NCBI GenBank assembly: GCA_023271875.1
Contig: JALPWY010000001.1
Coordinates: 6,091 to 70,090 of the forward strand
DNA length: 64,000 nt
Direction: 5' to 3'
DNA from: Nitrospinaceae bacterium
GTDB taxonomy: Bacteria > Nitrospinota > Nitrospinia > Nitrospinales > VA-1
Made by a program: the position numbers and the translations under genes. This document shows, one piece after another, positions 41,526 through 52,200 of the stretch. A model generated the notes under the pieces. That model did no database searches and was not told the origin of the DNA. It saw only the letters and a program-made list of their open reading frames with translations. Numbering within the stretch: position 1 is the first letter of the stretch; the number at the start of each line of letters is the position of its first letter.

Positions 41526-43520
41526 TTACTCCTCCATCAAAACTTTTGCTTCCAATTTCGAGAAAAAGTTTTTCACCTGAACTAAGTCTTCCACCACCTC
41601 GCAAGAAGGTAATGAATCTAAAAACTGTTTACCATAACCTCGATGGATCATTCTTGAGTCTAAGATAGAAACAACCCCTGTGTCTGATTGTTTTCGTATC
41701 AACCTACCAAACCCCTGTTTCATTTGAATGATGGCGCGTGGTATCTGGTAATGTGAAAACGGATCAATTGACCGTCTGTGTAAATCTTCTATACGTGCTT
41801 CTGTAAGAGGTTCGCTTGGCACATCAAATGGAAGCTTTGTGATTATGACACTCTTAAGGGCATCTCCCGGGATATCGACTCCCTGCCAGAAGGAATTGGT
41901 TCCAAAAATCACACTCGGTGTTTCCTTGAAACGCCGTATCATTTGACCCGTAGGAATTTCTCCTTGCCTAAGAAGAGACAGTTTGCTGGACAAATGTTGC
42001 AACCGATCATACACCTGATCCATTAAGGCATAACTAGTAAATAGTATGAAAGTTCTTCCTTGGGATATTTCCACTAATTCCCCACATCGTCTTGCCATTG
42101 CAGATACATATTTTTCCATTTCCTCGGAAGGTTCAGGCAAATCTCCTGAAATATAAAGAAGTGCCTGGCTAGGGTAATCAAACGGGGAGTCTAGAATGCT
42201 TTGTTCCTGCGGTTTAAACCCAATTCTCTCCTGAATAAACTCAAAACCTCTATGCGTCGTCAATGTAGCTGACGTCAATACAACTCGATCTATTTTTGAA
42301 AATACTTGCTCTTGTAATTCTCCCGCTGCATTCACTGGAACTCCTTGGAGAACGACTCGATTAAATCTTTTTTTCTCAGTAATTTCCAACCAGTAAACAT
42401 ATTCATCAAGATGCTGATTAAGAAAAGCCGGGATAGCGTTGTTAAACTCAATACAACGATTTGCCGCGGATGTGATTTCTACACGATCTTCTTCTGATTG
42501 CACCATTCCTTCAAAATTTTTTAAACTTTCATGCAATTCTTTCATGGGAAAATAAATCGAATTATCAATTGCGATCGGCTTATAAAGGCGAAGAACACGA
42601 TCTTTCCCCCCGTATTCCTCAACAATACAAGTAAAAAAAGTCTCAACTGCTTTTCGAACCACCCCAACCAGGTTACGTAAATGGAGGACATAATCGTGCT
42701 CAATGCGGGAAAGCAAACCCTTTCGAGTTCGTGAATGGTAAAGTCGGTCCAAAAAATAATATAAATAAGAGTTAGATATTTTCAGCCCAAGGAATGACGT
42801 TGCTGACTCTTCTATATTCTGCGCCTCATCAAAAATAACGGCATCAAACCTTGGAAGCACTGCCCCATTACTAGCAACGTTAGCGAAAAAAAGATGGTGA
42901 TTAACTATTAGCAAATGTGCACTAAACCACCGTTTTCTCTCTTTGAAATAATAGCAAGTACTGTAGGTTTCGCAGTTTTTGCCGAGACACAAATCTTTTT
43001 GCCTACCCACATCCTCCCATACTGAAGGAAGTGGCTCAAAGGGCAAATCTCCCTTCGTACCATTTTGAGTTTCACCTACCCAATCAAAAATAGCTGCCAT
43101 CTGTTCATCTTCCTCTACCGTGGCGAAAAGACCCGCTTGGCTTGCACGTTTCAACCTTCTCAAAGAAAGATAGTTTTCATGACCCAAACAAAGCGCATAG
43201 CGAAATGGGATTTTTAATTTTTCATGAATGAGTGGAATATCGTGATAAAGAAGTTGCTCCTGTAAAGCTTTACTATAAGTTGAGACCACAACCTTTTTGT
43301 TATGTTGTACCGCCCATAAAATCGCTGGGATTAGGTAAGCCAAGCTTTTGCCTGTGCCAGTTCCTGCCTCCACAATCAAATGGTGTTTATCATCAAAAGC
43401 TCTCCCCACAGCTTCTGCCATAGCAATTTGTTGGGGCCTACGCTCAAACTCTTCTATGGCGTCAGACAAAAAGCCATCTTTATCTAGGTATTTCCCTACC
43501 TCTTTCTCAATCATAGTCAA
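41526..43520 (-). CDS. ATP-dependent DNA helicase, DinG/YoaA family
   Basis: RPQQ Q-motif, EAGTGTGKS, VNHHL, DEAQ, SATL, LFTSY, FWQGVD, QGFGRLIR. Confidence 0.93.
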   Translation of the reverse strand: MTMIEKEVGKYLDKDGFLSDAIEEFERRPQQIAMAEAVGRAFDDKHHLIVEAGTGTGKSLAYLIPAILWAVQHNKKVVVSTYSKALQEQLLYHDIPLIHEKLKIPFRYALCLGHENYLSLRRLKRASQAGLFATVEEDEQMAAIFDWVGETQNGTKGDLPFEPLPSVWEDVGRQKDLCLGKNCETYSTCYYFKERKRWFSAHLLIVNHHLFFANVASNGAVLPRFDAVIFDEAQNIEESATSFLGLKISNSYLYYFLDRLYHSRTRKGLLSRIEHDYVLHLRNLVGVVRKAVETFFTCIVEEYGGKDRVLRLYKPIAIDNSIYFPMKELHESLKNFEGMVQSEEDRVEITSAANRCIEFNNAIPAFLNQHLDEYVYWLEITEKKRFNRVVLQGVPVNAAGELQEQVFSKIDRVVLTSATLTTHRGFEFIQERIGFKPQEQSILDSPFDYPSQALLYISGDLPEPSEEMEKYVSAMARRCGELVEISQGRTFILFTSYALMDQVYDRLQHLSSKLSLLRQGEIPTGQMIRRFKETPSVIFGTNSFWQGVDIPGDALKSVIITKLPFDVPSEPLTEARIEDLHRRSIDPFSHYQIPRAIIQMKQGFGRLIRKQSDTGVVSILDSRMIHRGYGKQFLDSLPSCEVVEDLVQVKNFFSKLEAKVLMEE

Positions 43521-43585
43521 GCATGTTATGTGGACAGAGTCCCCTGGTAAAGTAATTTCTCATCTTGACAACATAATTCATTGGG

Positions 43586-43614
43586 TTGACCTTGAGCATT
43601 AAATTTTCTATGCT
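43586..43614 (+). promoter_or_regulatory. Putative sigma70 promoter for the SYLF gene
   Basis: TTGACC-17 bp-TATGCT. Confidence 0.45.
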
Positions 43615-43733
43615 AGCTAAGGTATTTCTCACTCCTCAATATAGGTATTGGATTTACACTTCATTTCTAAACCCACAACTTTTAGGCCAAGCCAACGAAA
43701 CATAAGATAGATTTTTATATTTGGAGAGTTTTT

Positions 43734-44426
43734 ATGAAAAAAATCGCCTTGATAATATTACTTCTTTCTTTTTGTTCTATAAATGCTGAAGCCAAAGAGA
43801 ATAACGAACAGACTCTCAAAGATTCATTGGCTGTAATAGATGAAATAATGAATTCCCCCGACCAAGAAATACCAAGTAAGTTAATTTCTCAGGCAAAAGC
43901 TATACTTATTTTCCCAACTTTGGTCAAAGCGGGGTTTCTCGTTGGAGGTAGGTATGGTGAAGGAGTCGCTTCAATGCGAGCCAAGAAAACCGGTAAATTC
44001 GGACCTCCAACATTTCTAACCCAAGGAGGATTGAGCTTTGGTTTTCAAATCGGAGCGGAAGCGGTGGACCTTGTTCTGTTGGTTATGACGCAACGGGGGT
44101 TGGAAAGTCTACTTAAAGACGAATTCACTTTAGGAGCTGATGCAGCTGTTTCCGCAGGACCCATTGGTCGCCATGCCGAAGCGGCAACCGACTTAGGGAT
44201 GCGAGGTGAAATCTATTCTTACTCAAGAAGTAAAGGTGCTTTTGCCGGTGTTTCCTTAAAGGGAACGGTAATTACGACCGATGAGGAAGCCAATTTTGCT
44301 TATTACGGCCGATTTTTTAAAGCCAAAGATATACTGATAAGAGACAAGGTTAAAAAGATTCCCGCGTCAGGCCAGCAGTTTATTGAAGGGTTAAATTTTT
44401 TAGCCCCGCCAAAAAAAAGAAAATAA
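43734..44426 (+). CDS. Lipid-binding SYLF/Ysc84 domain protein, secreted
   Basis: KAGFLVGGRYGEG, SFGFQIG, SAGPIGR, YSYSRSKGAFAGVSL. Confidence 0.9.
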   Translation: MKKIALIILLLSFCSINAEAKENNEQTLKDSLAVIDEIMNSPDQEIPSKLISQAKAILIFPTLVKAGFLVGGRYGEGVASMRAKKTGKFGPPTFLTQGGLSFGFQIGAEAVDLVLLVMTQRGLESLLKDEFTLGADAAVSAGPIGRHAEAATDLGMRGEIYSYSRSKGAFAGVSLKGTVITTDEEANFAYYGRFFKAKDILIRDKVKKIPASGQQFIEGLNFLAPPKKRK

Positions 44427-44461
44427 CCTGAATTTGTTGACAAGTTTTAGTTTTATTTTAG

Positions 44462-45631
44462 TCAAGCAGCGATTTTCCCACGCAGCTTAGCGCTAACCAT
44501 ATCCAGAATAGTGACCACCACGGCAATTGCGAGAAGAGCAGTTCCTGCCTGGTTATACTGCAATAGATTGATCCACTGTTGAAGTAAAAATCCGATTCCT
44601 CCGCCACCCACAAACCCGATTATTGTCGACATACGCACATTTATATCCCAACGATAAAAACTTAACGCCAAGAATTGAGAAAATACCTGTGGCACCACGG
44701 CAAACAAAACTACTTGCATCGCTGTTGCTCCTGTCGCGGTAATAGCCTCTACAGGGCCAAAGTCGATACTCTCTACTTGCTCTGAAAATAATTTTCCTAA
44801 TGCCGCAATGGAGTGAACCGTTAGCGCTAATACGCCTGCAAAGGGACCTATCCCCACCCATACTGCGAACAAAATCGCCATAATTAAAGGCTCGACAGAT
44901 CGTAATACATTAAATATCGTACGGACCGAATAATAAATGGCAGCACCCGTCGGGTGAGAAGTCATTATATTGCGTGCGCCTAAAAAACTCATCGGAACAG
45001 CAATAAGAACAGCAAAAGTCGTTGCCATTAATGCAAGGAAAATCGTTTCAATTATCTTTGCTATTGTTAACTTTAGGGTGTCACTAAACCACCACTTTCC
45101 TGTTCTCCATTCTAAAATAGTTCGAATTTTTTGCACATCTCCTCGTGCGATTGGAGGAACAATAATGTCGCTATGGAAATTACCTCCCGCATCTGTTTCA
45201 AACAAACCCAGAGGATATTCTTGCTCTATTGAATTGATCCACACGATTCTTCCAATCTCATTGGGCCTAAAACCTTTTCCTGACACCTCTATAGTATTTC
45301 CTATTTGACCTGAATCAGTTGATAGAGTTAGAACAGGCCCTTGGACATCTTTCTCAATTTGACCAAGCGGCAATTGCTGGCCTGACAAAACAAAATAGGC
45401 ATCGGCTGATTCTGTTTCCGTTTCAAACGCAAAAAGATCGGGATGCAAAAGGTCTCGAATCAGGGGCTTGACCAAGTGGGAATCTCGAACCAATTCCCCT
45501 AATTCAATCTCTGTAACACGCCAACCATAGCTATAAATAGAAATTAGCAGAAGTGCAAAAAACAAAAAACGCGTTCTAGCGTAAAAGGGACGCCTGTAGG
45601 AAATATCAATTGATGGCTTAAAATCTACCAT
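44462..45631 (-). CDS. phnE: Phosphonate/phosphite ABC permease PhnE with inserted soluble domain
   Basis: ETIFLA, RSVEPLI, GPFAGVLAL, GPVEAITATGA (EAA loop), YRWDINVR..IGFVGGGGIG. Confidence 0.88.
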   Translation of the reverse strand: MVDFKPSIDISYRRPFYARTRFLFFALLLISIYSYGWRVTEIELGELVRDSHLVKPLIRDLLHPDLFAFETETESADAYFVLSGQQLPLGQIEKDVQGPVLTLSTDSGQIGNTIEVSGKGFRPNEIGRIVWINSIEQEYPLGLFETDAGGNFHSDIIVPPIARGDVQKIRTILEWRTGKWWFSDTLKLTIAKIIETIFLALMATTFAVLIAVPMSFLGARNIMTSHPTGAAIYYSVRTIFNVLRSVEPLIMAILFAVWVGIGPFAGVLALTVHSIAALGKLFSEQVESIDFGPVEAITATGATAMQVVLFAVVPQVFSQFLALSFYRWDINVRMSTIIGFVGGGGIGFLLQQWINLLQYNQAGTALLAIAVVVTILDMVSAKLRGKIAA

Positions 45632-45662
45632 GGGAACATGAGACCTAATTATTCCAATAAGA

Positions 45663-46127
45663 TCAAAGCTTCAATCCTATAGCACTAAACCATAAGAGTC
45701 CAAGGCCTGCAAATAACACAGTTCCATTTAACTTAACTGCCAAAGAATGAATTTTTTTAAATTTCACCTCATATGATTTTTTTTCTTCTGCGGAACTAGC
45801 CGACTGTCTAAGAACTTTCAAATTTCTTGACTTAGGACTTACAACCAAACCGGCATAAAACCATCCGACTATCATAATGAACAGAAGTATTTGCTTGGGA
45901 CCAAAGAGTTCTTGAGTGCTAACCAGCAGGGAAAGCAAAGTCATCACAGCGCACACATAACCCAAAAAATAATACCTAGGGAAAATGACACCCACCACTT
46001 CCCCAGCTTTTTCACGGTCCAATAACTTGAAAATTACCGGTGCAGTAAAAAATGAAAAAAAAACAATACTACCAACCCAACACACCAAACTAAGAATATA
46101 AACAAAATGAATAAAATCCATCAACAT
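45663..46127 (-). CDS. DUF4149/TMEM205-family membrane protein
   Basis: WVGSIVFFSFFTAPVIF...AGEVVGVIFPRYY...FKKIHSLAVKLN. Confidence 0.85.
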   Translation of the reverse strand: MLMDFIHFVYILSLVCWVGSIVFFSFFTAPVIFKLLDREKAGEVVGVIFPRYYFLGYVCAVMTLLSLLVSTQELFGPKQILLFIMIVGWFYAGLVVSPKSRNLKVLRQSASSAEEKKSYEVKFKKIHSLAVKLNGTVLFAGLGLLWFSAIGLKL

Positions 46128-46194
46128 GTTACAAACCTATGTTTTTACAGAATTAATCTTGAGTTAGTTCTAAATTCTTAATAAAAATACTACT

Positions 46195-46923
46195 CTAAGC
46201 ACTAAGAGCTGATTTGATTTCCTCAACAATCTTCAATGCAGCTATATTAGGATCCTTGGCATCACGAATAGGTCGGCCTACAACTATAAGGTCAGCGCCG
46301 TTAGATATTGCATCTTTAGGTGTAACGATGCGGCTTTGATCATCCTTTTTGACGTCCGCCCATAACGGGCGGATTCCAGGAACCACTACCTTGAAGTGAT
46401 TACTGAATGTGCGCTTGATTAAAGCGACTTCTTCACCAGAACAAATAACTCCAGCGCATCCTGATTCTTTAGCTACATTAGCTCGATCTAGTACCAATTG
46501 TCTCAAGCTAAGGCTTTCTTTATAACCCAAATCCCCAAGCTCTGATTCTGAAACGTTGGTAAGAACGGTAACAGCTAAAACTTCCAGCCCCAAATCTTTG
46601 ACTTCGGTCGCGGTTTGTAAGATTGAGCTGCCATCCGACCCATGAACGGTAATGAATTGAACTCCATGCGTGGCGGCCGACCTCAGTGCCGAACGAACTG
46701 TAGCTGGGATATCATGTAACTTAAGATCTAAAAAAACAGATGCGGAACTGTTTTGCTTCACTGTTTTGAGAACATCAGGCCCTTCCTTAATAAATAACTC
46801 AAGCCCGACTTTAAAACAACCGACTGTATCGCCGAGTGCACGAACATACCTTTCGGCCTCTTTTCGGTTCGGAACATCCAGCGCGAAAATCAGCCTATTC
46901 TTTGCAGATATGGATAGATTCAC
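46195..46923 (-). CDS. pyrF: Orotidine-5'-phosphate decarboxylase
   Basis: IFALDV, FKVGLEL, FLDLKLHDIPATV, VPGIR, DDQSR, VVGRPI. Confidence 0.96.
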   Translation of the reverse strand: MNLSISAKNRLIFALDVPNRKEAERYVRALGDTVGCFKVGLELFIKEGPDVLKTVKQNSSASVFLDLKLHDIPATVRSALRSAATHGVQFITVHGSDGSSILQTATEVKDLGLEVLAVTVLTNVSESELGDLGYKESLSLRQLVLDRANVAKESGCAGVICSGEEVALIKRTFSNHFKVVVPGIRPLWADVKKDDQSRIVTPKDAISNGADLIVVGRPIRDAKDPNIAALKIVEEIKSALSA

Positions 46924-47054
46924 GTGAGATTCAAGATAAAAACAACGCTCTAAGCAAAGACCTTATAACGACATTTTGTCTATTTTTTATACGCCACATT
47001 TCGTTAGATATTAGAGTTTTTAAGTATGTTTGTCTAGTTAGAGAAAATGTGATT

Positions 47055-47999
47055 TCAAGAATCAAATATCGCATCATGAAAACGAGACATTGTAGATCCA
47101 TCCATCACAAAATTAGATTTCATTTCAACCGATTCTCCTACGAGTTCTTGAAGCATCATTTCAGGAATATTTGCCCCCGCATGAATGGTATGTAAAACAC
47201 CACTGCCAAAACGTAAATTAATATCAGTAAACAAAAATTCTCCCGATTCCTCTAAAAATCCTTGTAAATTAGCAGGGCCGCGCAGTTGAAGTCGAGTGCC
47301 TAGTCTTTTAGCGGATTCAATAATGTCAGGAATCAATTCAATTCGACTTACCATCACCTCGCCCGCTCGCGCTACCAACCTTTCTCGAGGGACTACCACA
47401 ACGGGAAGACCTTTTTTATTTGAAAACCAGTCAATACTAAATTCCCTACCTTGAACAAATCGCTGAAAAATATGATTTGGTAATTTTTTTGAATAAAAAT
47501 CAAACTCGGTCTGATCTTCTATTTTGAAACAATTCCTTCCCCCTTCCCCGTATGGATCCTTGGCAATCAAAGGAAATCCGGGAAATGGCTTCTTAGGATC
47601 AATCAAATCTGGTGAAGCAAAATTGTTCTGTGTAAAAAATTCTGCAAGCCTACACTTATTATTACTAATTTGAATTAGAGTATGAGCTGCTAAGTAAAGT
47701 AATAAGTCCCCCTCATCAAACCCAGCGCGGTTTTTATCCATAAAGTCAATGGCTTTGTTAGTCATAGGAAGAATGGCATGAATATTTTCCTTGGCACAAA
47801 TAGCTTGTATTTTTTCGACGCATTTTGGTTCCGAAAATTCAGGGATCACGTAGCTTTTATCCACAACGTTTAATGCTGCAGAGTGAGAATCGCTATCCGC
47901 TCCAACTATAAAAATTTTTATAGCAGTTGACTTTTTAAACGAGCGGAGCAGTGAAACTCTCCAATTAGGCGCCAGAAAAAGAATACGAATATCTTTCAT
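47055..47999 (-). CDS. ATP-grasp domain protein (carbamoyl-phosphate-synthase-like, single domain)
   Basis: GADSD, FPLIAKDPYGEGG, QRFVQGREFSID, VPRERL..RAGEV, DINLRFGSG. Confidence 0.82.
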   Translation of the reverse strand: MKDIRILFLAPNWRVSLLRSFKKSTAIKIFIVGADSDSHSAALNVVDKSYVIPEFSEPKCVEKIQAICAKENIHAILPMTNKAIDFMDKNRAGFDEGDLLLYLAAHTLIQISNNKCRLAEFFTQNNFASPDLIDPKKPFPGFPLIAKDPYGEGGRNCFKIEDQTEFDFYSKKLPNHIFQRFVQGREFSIDWFSNKKGLPVVVVPRERLVARAGEVMVSRIELIPDIIESAKRLGTRLQLRGPANLQGFLEESGEFLFTDINLRFGSGVLHTIHAGANIPEMMLQELVGESVEMKSNFVMDGSTMSRFHDAIFDS

Positions 48000-48026
48000 T
48001 CAGTCAGACCTCTATCACCAAAGCCA

Positions 48027-48551
48027 TCAAATGGAACGAAGGCATTCTATTTCCCGTAGAATCTTTGCCGAAGCTCCCCAAACACAGTTGGTACCATGCC
48101 AATACACATACTTACTTTCTCGTACCTTGCTAGAAAGATTTCTTTGTTTAGTGGAAAGTAGCTCGAGCAGCGGTATCTCAAATACACTCTCAACCTCATC
48201 GCTCAATTCACCAATCCTTGGAAGAGTCTGCAAAATAGCAACATAAGGAGTTACTTCGTATCCTGTAAGGGTTGTCACAACAGGAAGGGTGGCGTTTATC
48301 AAAACATCATCCAACTCCAATCCAATCTCCTCCTTCGTCTCTCTGAGCGCAGTCGACAATAAGTCGCCATCCTCATCTTCGTACCTTCCTCCTGGAAACG
48401 ACATTTCTCCAGGATGGATTTTTAAGTGTTTAGAGCGGAGAGTCATCAAAACAAAAATCTTATCATCACTAAGATACAATACCACCATGACCGATGCTAT
48501 CTGCGGACTCCGTACCACTGGTCCTCGAACAACGGGATGATGGTTTTCCAT
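48027..48551 (-). CDS. Nudix hydrolase, CoA pyrophosphatase (NudL/PCD1-like)
   Basis: LMTLRS..L..HPGEMSFPGG..TALRETKEEIGL, WGASAKIL; start uncertain. Confidence 0.85.
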   Translation of the reverse strand: MENHHPVVRGPVVRSPQIASVMVVLYLSDDKIFVLMTLRSKHLKIHPGEMSFPGGRYEDEDGDLLSTALRETKEEIGLELDDVLINATLPVVTTLTGYEVTPYVAILQTLPRIGELSDEVESVFEIPLLELLSTKQRNLSSKVRESKYVYWHGTNCVWGASAKILREIECLRSI

Positions 48552-48625
48552 CTTAGTTTTTAAAGAGATTAAGTCCACAGCAAACCATTCACAGTTTAGT
48601 CTTTGATAAAAACAGTTTTGCTCTT

Positions 48626-48970
48626 TTAAGACCAAACCTCTTTATACTCAATTTCATCAAAGCCTACAGTTATTCGATTGCCATCAACTACAATTGGACG
48701 CTTAACTAATCTACCATTACTGGAAAGTAGCTCTATTGCTTGAGCTTCGGTCATAGCACCTATTTTGTCTTTAATTCGGAGCTTTTTGTACTGCTCTCCA
48801 CTGGTATTGAACAACTTTTTCATGCCCCTAGCCTTGATCGCTTTTTTTAAAACGGATTTTGGAGGCGGGGTTTCTGTGATATCTATTTCATCATAGGAAA
48901 CTTTGTATGCATCAAGAATTTTTTTTGCTTTGCGACAAGTCCCGCATTTATTGTAGGAAAAAAACTTCAT
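48626..48970 (-). CDS. ArsC/Spx/MgsR-family protein
   Basis: CGTCRKA, LFNTSG..YK, LVKRPI, VGFD. Confidence 0.88.
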   Translation of the reverse strand: MKFFSYNKCGTCRKAKKILDAYKVSYDEIDITETPPPKSVLKKAIKARGMKKLFNTSGEQYKKLRIKDKIGAMTEAQAIELLSSNGRLVKRPIVVDGNRITVGFDEIEYKEVWS

Positions 48971-49098
48971 CTGTGGCCGACTTCTAGAATTACGTTAAGT
49001 GGCATTTAATTTCAACCTATTGTATATCAATTGTGTAAAACACTAGCCAAAATCCAGCTTTTAAGCCCTATGGCCCTTGAATAAACTTATCGGAACAA

Positions 49099-49145
49099 CC
49101 ACAATATGTTGCGGCTATCAAATTTTATACCCCTAGAAGTGGTGT
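49099..49145. promoter_or_regulatory. Tandem NrdR-box-like operators upstream of smc
   Basis: ccaCAATATGTTGcgg (49099-49114) and cccCTAGAAGTGGtgt (49130-49145) versus consensus acaCwAtATaTwGtgt; starts are 31 bp apart. Confidence 0.6.
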
Positions 49146-49237
49146 AATTTTTCCTTTACAACCCCCTTTGAATGGGCTAATCTTATATTCACAAAAGAGT
49201 TTAAAAGCCTTTGAAACCATTGAAGATACGGGTTCAC

Positions 49238-52200
49238 ATGCTATTAAAAAGTCTGGAATTAGACGGCTTCAAGTCATTTGTCGACGGAACTCACATCGAT
49301 TTTACCTCCGGGTTTACGGCTATCGTGGGTCCAAACGGATGCGGAAAAAGTAATGTTTCCGATGCCATCCGATGGGTAATCGGGGAGCAAAGTTCTAAAT
49401 CGCTACGTGGAACAAAATCCGAAGACCTTATTTTTAACGGTAGCTCCACCAGAAAGCCTGTTAACAGGGCCGAAATCTCACTAACCCTTAGCAGTGTTCC
49501 ACAAGGAATACGAATTGCGAACGTACCTAACGTTGCAGATGAAGTTAAGGTCACCCGTTGTTATCACCGTTCCGGCGAAAGTGAATTTTATATCAACCAA
49601 GTGCCATGCCGTCTGAAAGATATTACTGACTTCTTGCTGGATGTGGGTATCAGCCCAAAAGTCTTATCTGTAATCGAGCAGGGACATATTCAAGATATAA
49701 TCGCCTCGAAACCGGAAAACCGACGCATCTTGATAGAAGAAGCCGCTGGTATTTTAAAATTCAAACATCGCAAAAACGAGGCGCTACGCAAGCTAGATAC
49801 TTCAACTCAAAACCTTGAACGCATTAGTGATATCGTGCAGGAGTTGGGTCGTCAGGCAGAATTCTTAAAACGCCAAGCAGCAAAGACTGAACGCTATAAA
49901 AAATTCCAAGGAGAAATCAAAGAACTCTCCCTAAAATTGTTTGCCAAAAAAATTCGCCAATATACAGCTGACCTAAAAGTAATAGAAGAAGAGATCTCGA
50001 CCCAAGCTGAAAATAAAACCGCGAAAAATACTCGGGCTTCTTTTTTGGACAATCAAATCACTCAATTGAGCATTGAAATTGAAGAAACTCTCGGATTACT
50101 GAATGAAAAAAAAGAAAACGTGTATCAGTTGACGAATAAAATAAGTAAAAACGAACATACTATTGAACTAAAAAAATCACAGATTGATCAGGCGGAAACA
50201 GATATTCGCTCTGCAAAAAATGATGTCACTCATCTGCAGAAAGAAATAGCTGACCAAGCGGATCAAGCTAAAAATCAACGCGCCCAACTAGGAATTTTAT
50301 CTGAAAAAATAAGCAGTGTAGAAAATAAACTGGAAGAGTTGGAGAAACTAAAAAATTCCCGACAGTTACTATATAAAAGTACAGAGCAAAAGCGCCAACA
50401 AGTAGCATCGGGAACAGACCATTTGAATTTACTTAAGGAAGATTATCTAACGCAATCATCTTTACTGACATCGCTTAAAGAGTTGCGAAACAAATTCGAA
50501 GGATTTGAAGATGGTGTTCGATCATTAATGAACTATAACGAAAACGGTGGTCGCTTGAACGGACTCCGGAAGGTCTTGGCAGATGTCTTAAAAACACCTG
50601 TAGAATACGAAGCGGCTATCACGGTAGCGCTTGGAGAAAAACTTCAAAGCGTAATCGTTAATTCTTATGACGATTCTGTTGAAGCAATAACATATTTAAA
50701 AGAAAGCTCCTCGGGTCGAGGCTCTTTTATTCCTTTAAATATGAAGGCAAACCAAGACCCACCAGTCCATTTAAATGGCAATCCGGGCATACTCGGAAAA
50801 GCATTAAATTTCATAGAATGCGAGAAGGAGTATAAACAGGTCATTGAAATGTTGCTCCACAACGTGGTGCTCGTCACCGACCTTTCAACAGCAATACAGG
50901 TTTTTCAAAATCCAGAGTTTAACGGGACAGTAGTCACTCGAAATGGCGAAATGATTGATACTAAAGGAATGGTTTTTGGTGGTTCAGTTGATGAAAAAAA
51001 TACCTCCAACTTGCTTTCTCAGAATCGTGAAATGGAAGAACTTGCAACCAGGGTAAACCAATTGAACGAAAAATATCAAAATGCCCTTAAGGTTTTAGAT
51101 GAAAATAAAAACGTTTTGGAAAAAATGGAACTGGAAGTTGAAGAAAAAAGCCAGGCTATTCATCAGCTTGAATTAGCTTTAAAAGTTCAAATAGCGTCTC
51201 TAAAAGGGAAAAAAGAGAACACTTTAACCGAAATCAATCGACTAGACCTCCAACAAGATAACCATCGACACCAGATCAGCAAACGGGAAAATAACACGGA
51301 AGAAAGTCAGCAAAAAATAAATGACACTCAACAAGCAATAGGGATAATTGAAAAGGAAATTCTTGAGAGTGTGCGAGAAAAGGACCGACTTGAAGAAGAA
51401 GCTATAACCGATGAGGAAACCCTAAGAGAAAAAGAAGAATCTGTTAAGGGGATGGAGCAAGAATCAAAAGATCTTTCAAGAAAAATTCAAGAGCTTACGG
51501 AAACAATATCAAAAATTGAACTCAAGCAGTCTGAAATTAAAATGCAACTCGCTCATATTGAAGAGCGCACATTCGAAGATTTTAACGTGACGCTTCCGGA
51601 ATTATTGAACCGCTCCCCTGAAGAGTTTGACGTCCAAGAAGTTGAACAGAAAACTCGAGAATTGAAAGAAAAAATAGGGCGCATGGGTGAAGTGAATTTG
51701 GCTGCATTATCAGACTTCCAGACAACAAACGAACGTTACCAGTTTCTAAAAACGCAACAGGAGGACCTAGCCGACTCTATTCAGCTTCTTCACCAGACTA
51801 TTGAACGAATCAACCGCACTACCAAACAAAGATTTCTTGATACCTTTGAGAAAGTTAACGAAAATTTTAAGGAAATTTTTGCCCACCTATTTCGTGGAGG
51901 AAAAGCGACACTTTCTCTAACTGATGAATCTAACCCTCTAGAGTCGGGGGTTGAAATCAGCGCTAATCCTCTTGGAAAACGTATGCAAAATATAACCCTT
52001 CTTTCTGGAGGGGAAAAAGCAATGACCGCGATCGCTCTTGTGTTTTCTGTTTTTAAAGTACGGCCCAGTCCATTTTGCCTTTTGGATGAAGTTGACGCCC
52101 CTCTTGACGAAGCCAATGTCGTTCGGTTTCAGGAAATGCTCAAGCAAATGTCTGAAAAAACTCAGTTCATCCTCATCACCCACAACCAGAAAACCATGTC

